Of a DNA stretch of 64,000 nt, positions 63,016 to 64,000 are shown in pieces; positions within the stretch are counted from its first letter, which is position 1; every line of letters begins with the position of its first letter. The position numbers and the translations under genes are program-made. The notes below the pieces were generated by a model. The model made no database searches, had not been told where the DNA came from, and saw nothing but the letters and a program-made list of their open reading frames with translations. Origin of the DNA: a virus (lineage: Duplodnaviria > Heunggongvirae > Uroviricota > Caudoviricetes); IMG/VR virus record IMGVR_UViG_3300046642_001000, positions 103,935 to 167,934 of that record. One strand, written 5' to 3'.

Positions 63016-63048
63016 GTCCTTTCTATCTTGTAGATTCCGTGGTAGAAT
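63016..63048 (+). promoter_or_regulatory. class A promoter: GTCCTTTCT ATCTTGTAG ATTCC GTGGTAGAAT
   Basis: 27-nt spacing; the GGATCTATAAG initial sequence and a GGTGGAGGG Shine-Dalgarno precede the ATG at 63071. Confidence 0.5.
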
Positions 63049-63070
63049 GGATCTATAAGGTGGAGGGAAG

Positions 63071-63346
63071 ATGATCACGACGCTGAAGATCAAGGACGAG
63101 CCGGACGTTCTCATCGGGAGCAAGGTAGTCTGGTCCGAGGGCTGCAAGCCGTACCGGGTCGTCCTGCGGAAGCTGGAGCCCGGGCAGTACGTCACCCACA
63201 AGGAGACGCTGGGCATCGAGGGCGACACCTTCATGCACGACAGCTGGTTCTCGGGGAACTACTTCTCGGAGTTCCCGACCAAGGACGACGCGAAGTCCTA
63301 CGAGAAGGCGCTGGACGACTACCGCACTCGCGTGGAGAAACTCTAA
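63071..63346 (+). CDS. hypothetical protein
   Basis: 91-aa ORF. Confidence 0.5.
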   Translation: MITTLKIKDEPDVLIGSKVVWSEGCKPYRVVLRKLEPGQYVTHKETLGIEGDTFMHDSWFSGNYFSEFPTKDDAKSYEKALDDYRTRVEKL

Positions 63347-63918
63347 TGGACGTGACCAAGTTCCTGAATGATCTCGCCACCCCCGAAGGCTTCGTCAAGA
63401 CGTTCGGCACGGAAGACTACTCGTGGGGCAAGGAGAAGATCCTGCATCCCTCGGTGATCTTCACGAAGGGCACGGACATCGAGATCAAGATCGTCATCTC
63501 CAGCCCCACCGACAAGTACATGGCGGGCTCCGGCCACACCAGCTTCGCCACCAAGCTCGGGCGTCGGACGTTCGACCGCCGCGGGGTCGAGGACAGCTTC
63601 TACGTGGAGCCGGGTCTGGACGTGGAGAAGACGAACGCGCAGGTCCTCCGCCAGATCGAGAAGGTGGCCGAGTCCGTGGCGCGGATGGAACGTTCCGTGG
63701 CCGTCCCCATCTGGGGCTTCACCGTCACCCCCGAGACCCTCGAGGAGATCAAGGGGAAGCTGACCAAGGGCAAGACCCACACGTTCACGCCGGCAGGCTT
63801 CGGCACCGGCTACGTCCTCAGCAAGAAGCGCAGCCGCTGGAGCCGCCTGGCGGACCCGAAGATCAACGCGTTCTTCGGAGTCGGGGCGCTCTATTTCGAC
63901 ACCCTGGACTGCGACTAA
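63346..63918 (+). CDS. hypothetical protein
   Basis: 190-aa ORF with an ATGA overlap to the upstream gene. Confidence 0.5.
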   Translation: MDVTKFLNDLATPEGFVKTFGTEDYSWGKEKILHPSVIFTKGTDIEIKIVISSPTDKYMAGSGHTSFATKLGRRTFDRRGVEDSFYVEPGLDVEKTNAQVLRQIEKVAESVARMERSVAVPIWGFTVTPETLEEIKGKLTKGKTHTFTPAGFGTGYVLSKKRSRWSRLADPKINAFFGVGALYFDTLDCD

Positions 63919-63954
63919 AAAAGAAAAAAGTACTTCCACCTTCGGGCGTCTTGT

Positions 63955-63965
63955 GGTAGTATAAA
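63955..63965 (+). promoter_or_regulatory. candidate extended -10 (GTGGTAGTATAAA)
   Basis: similar GTGGTA core; a strong AGGAGGAG Shine-Dalgarno follows. Confidence 0.3.
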
Positions 63966-63979
63966 AATAGGAGGAGAAA

Positions 63980-64000
63980 ATGAAGCCGAACGAGATCGTG
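63980..64000 (+). CDS. hypothetical protein, 3'-truncated at the window edge
   Basis: ATG 7 nt after AGGAGGAGAAA; the ORF runs off the window. Confidence 0.4.

Noticed and set aside
1-64000. Search for tRNA genes, CRISPR arrays, rRNA, integrase/attachment sites and transposases
   Set aside because: No cloverleaf-like low-GC segments, no regularly spaced direct repeats with spacers, and no recombinase motifs were seen. Apart from the PDM-coding repeat and the promoter motifs, the window lacks repeats.

Overview
This window is a high-GC (about 65%), densely packed and almost entirely plus-strand stretch of a large double-stranded DNA phage genome; about 95 coding regions are listed, and no tRNA, rRNA or CRISPR array was found. 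Family calls rest on sequence motifs read directly; no database search was run, so all are provisional. Plus-strand frames show the GC-rich codon third position expected of coding sequence, whereas the many long minus-strand ORFs look like antisense artefacts.

Replication and recombination:
- a family A DNA polymerase (polymerase domain only)
- a separate flap endonuclease
- a DnaE-type polymerase III alpha subunit
- a DnaB-like helicase
- a T4 gp32-like single-strand DNA-binding protein
- a RecA/UvsX-like recombinase
- a second RecA-fold ATPase

Nucleotide metabolism:
- a class II ribonucleotide reductase
- a ThyX
- a second, ThyA-family protein
- a dCMP deaminase
- nucleotide-monophosphate kinases
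- three MazG-like pyrophosphohydrolases
- a dUTPase-like protein
- a 5'-nucleotidase
- a DHH phosphoesterase

Other notable genes:
- several glycosyltransferases, including one strongly resembling the plant reversibly-glycosylated-polypeptide family GT75
- a GroES-like co-chaperonin
- a flotillin/SPFH protein
- a RelA/SpoT-type HD hydrolase
- a SpoU RNA methyltransferase
- secreted proteins, lipoproteins and outer-membrane-like proteins, including a metzincin protease
- one reverse-strand nuclease-like gene with a PD-(D/E)xK motif

Most striking features:
- A 2301-residue protein carrying, in order, a pol-beta-type nucleotidyltransferase, a ligase-like domain, three tandem kinase-like domains and an NMN-adenylyltransferase-like domain.
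- A ThyA-family paralogue alongside ThyX, next to kinases and glycosyltransferases. Together these suggest DNA base hypermodification.
- At least three families of phage promoters with extended -10 elements and fixed-spacing upstream elements, many of which drive leaderless genes.

The host is probably a high-GC bacterium with an outer membrane, judging from lipoboxes and outer-membrane-protein signatures with a C-terminal phenylalanine.
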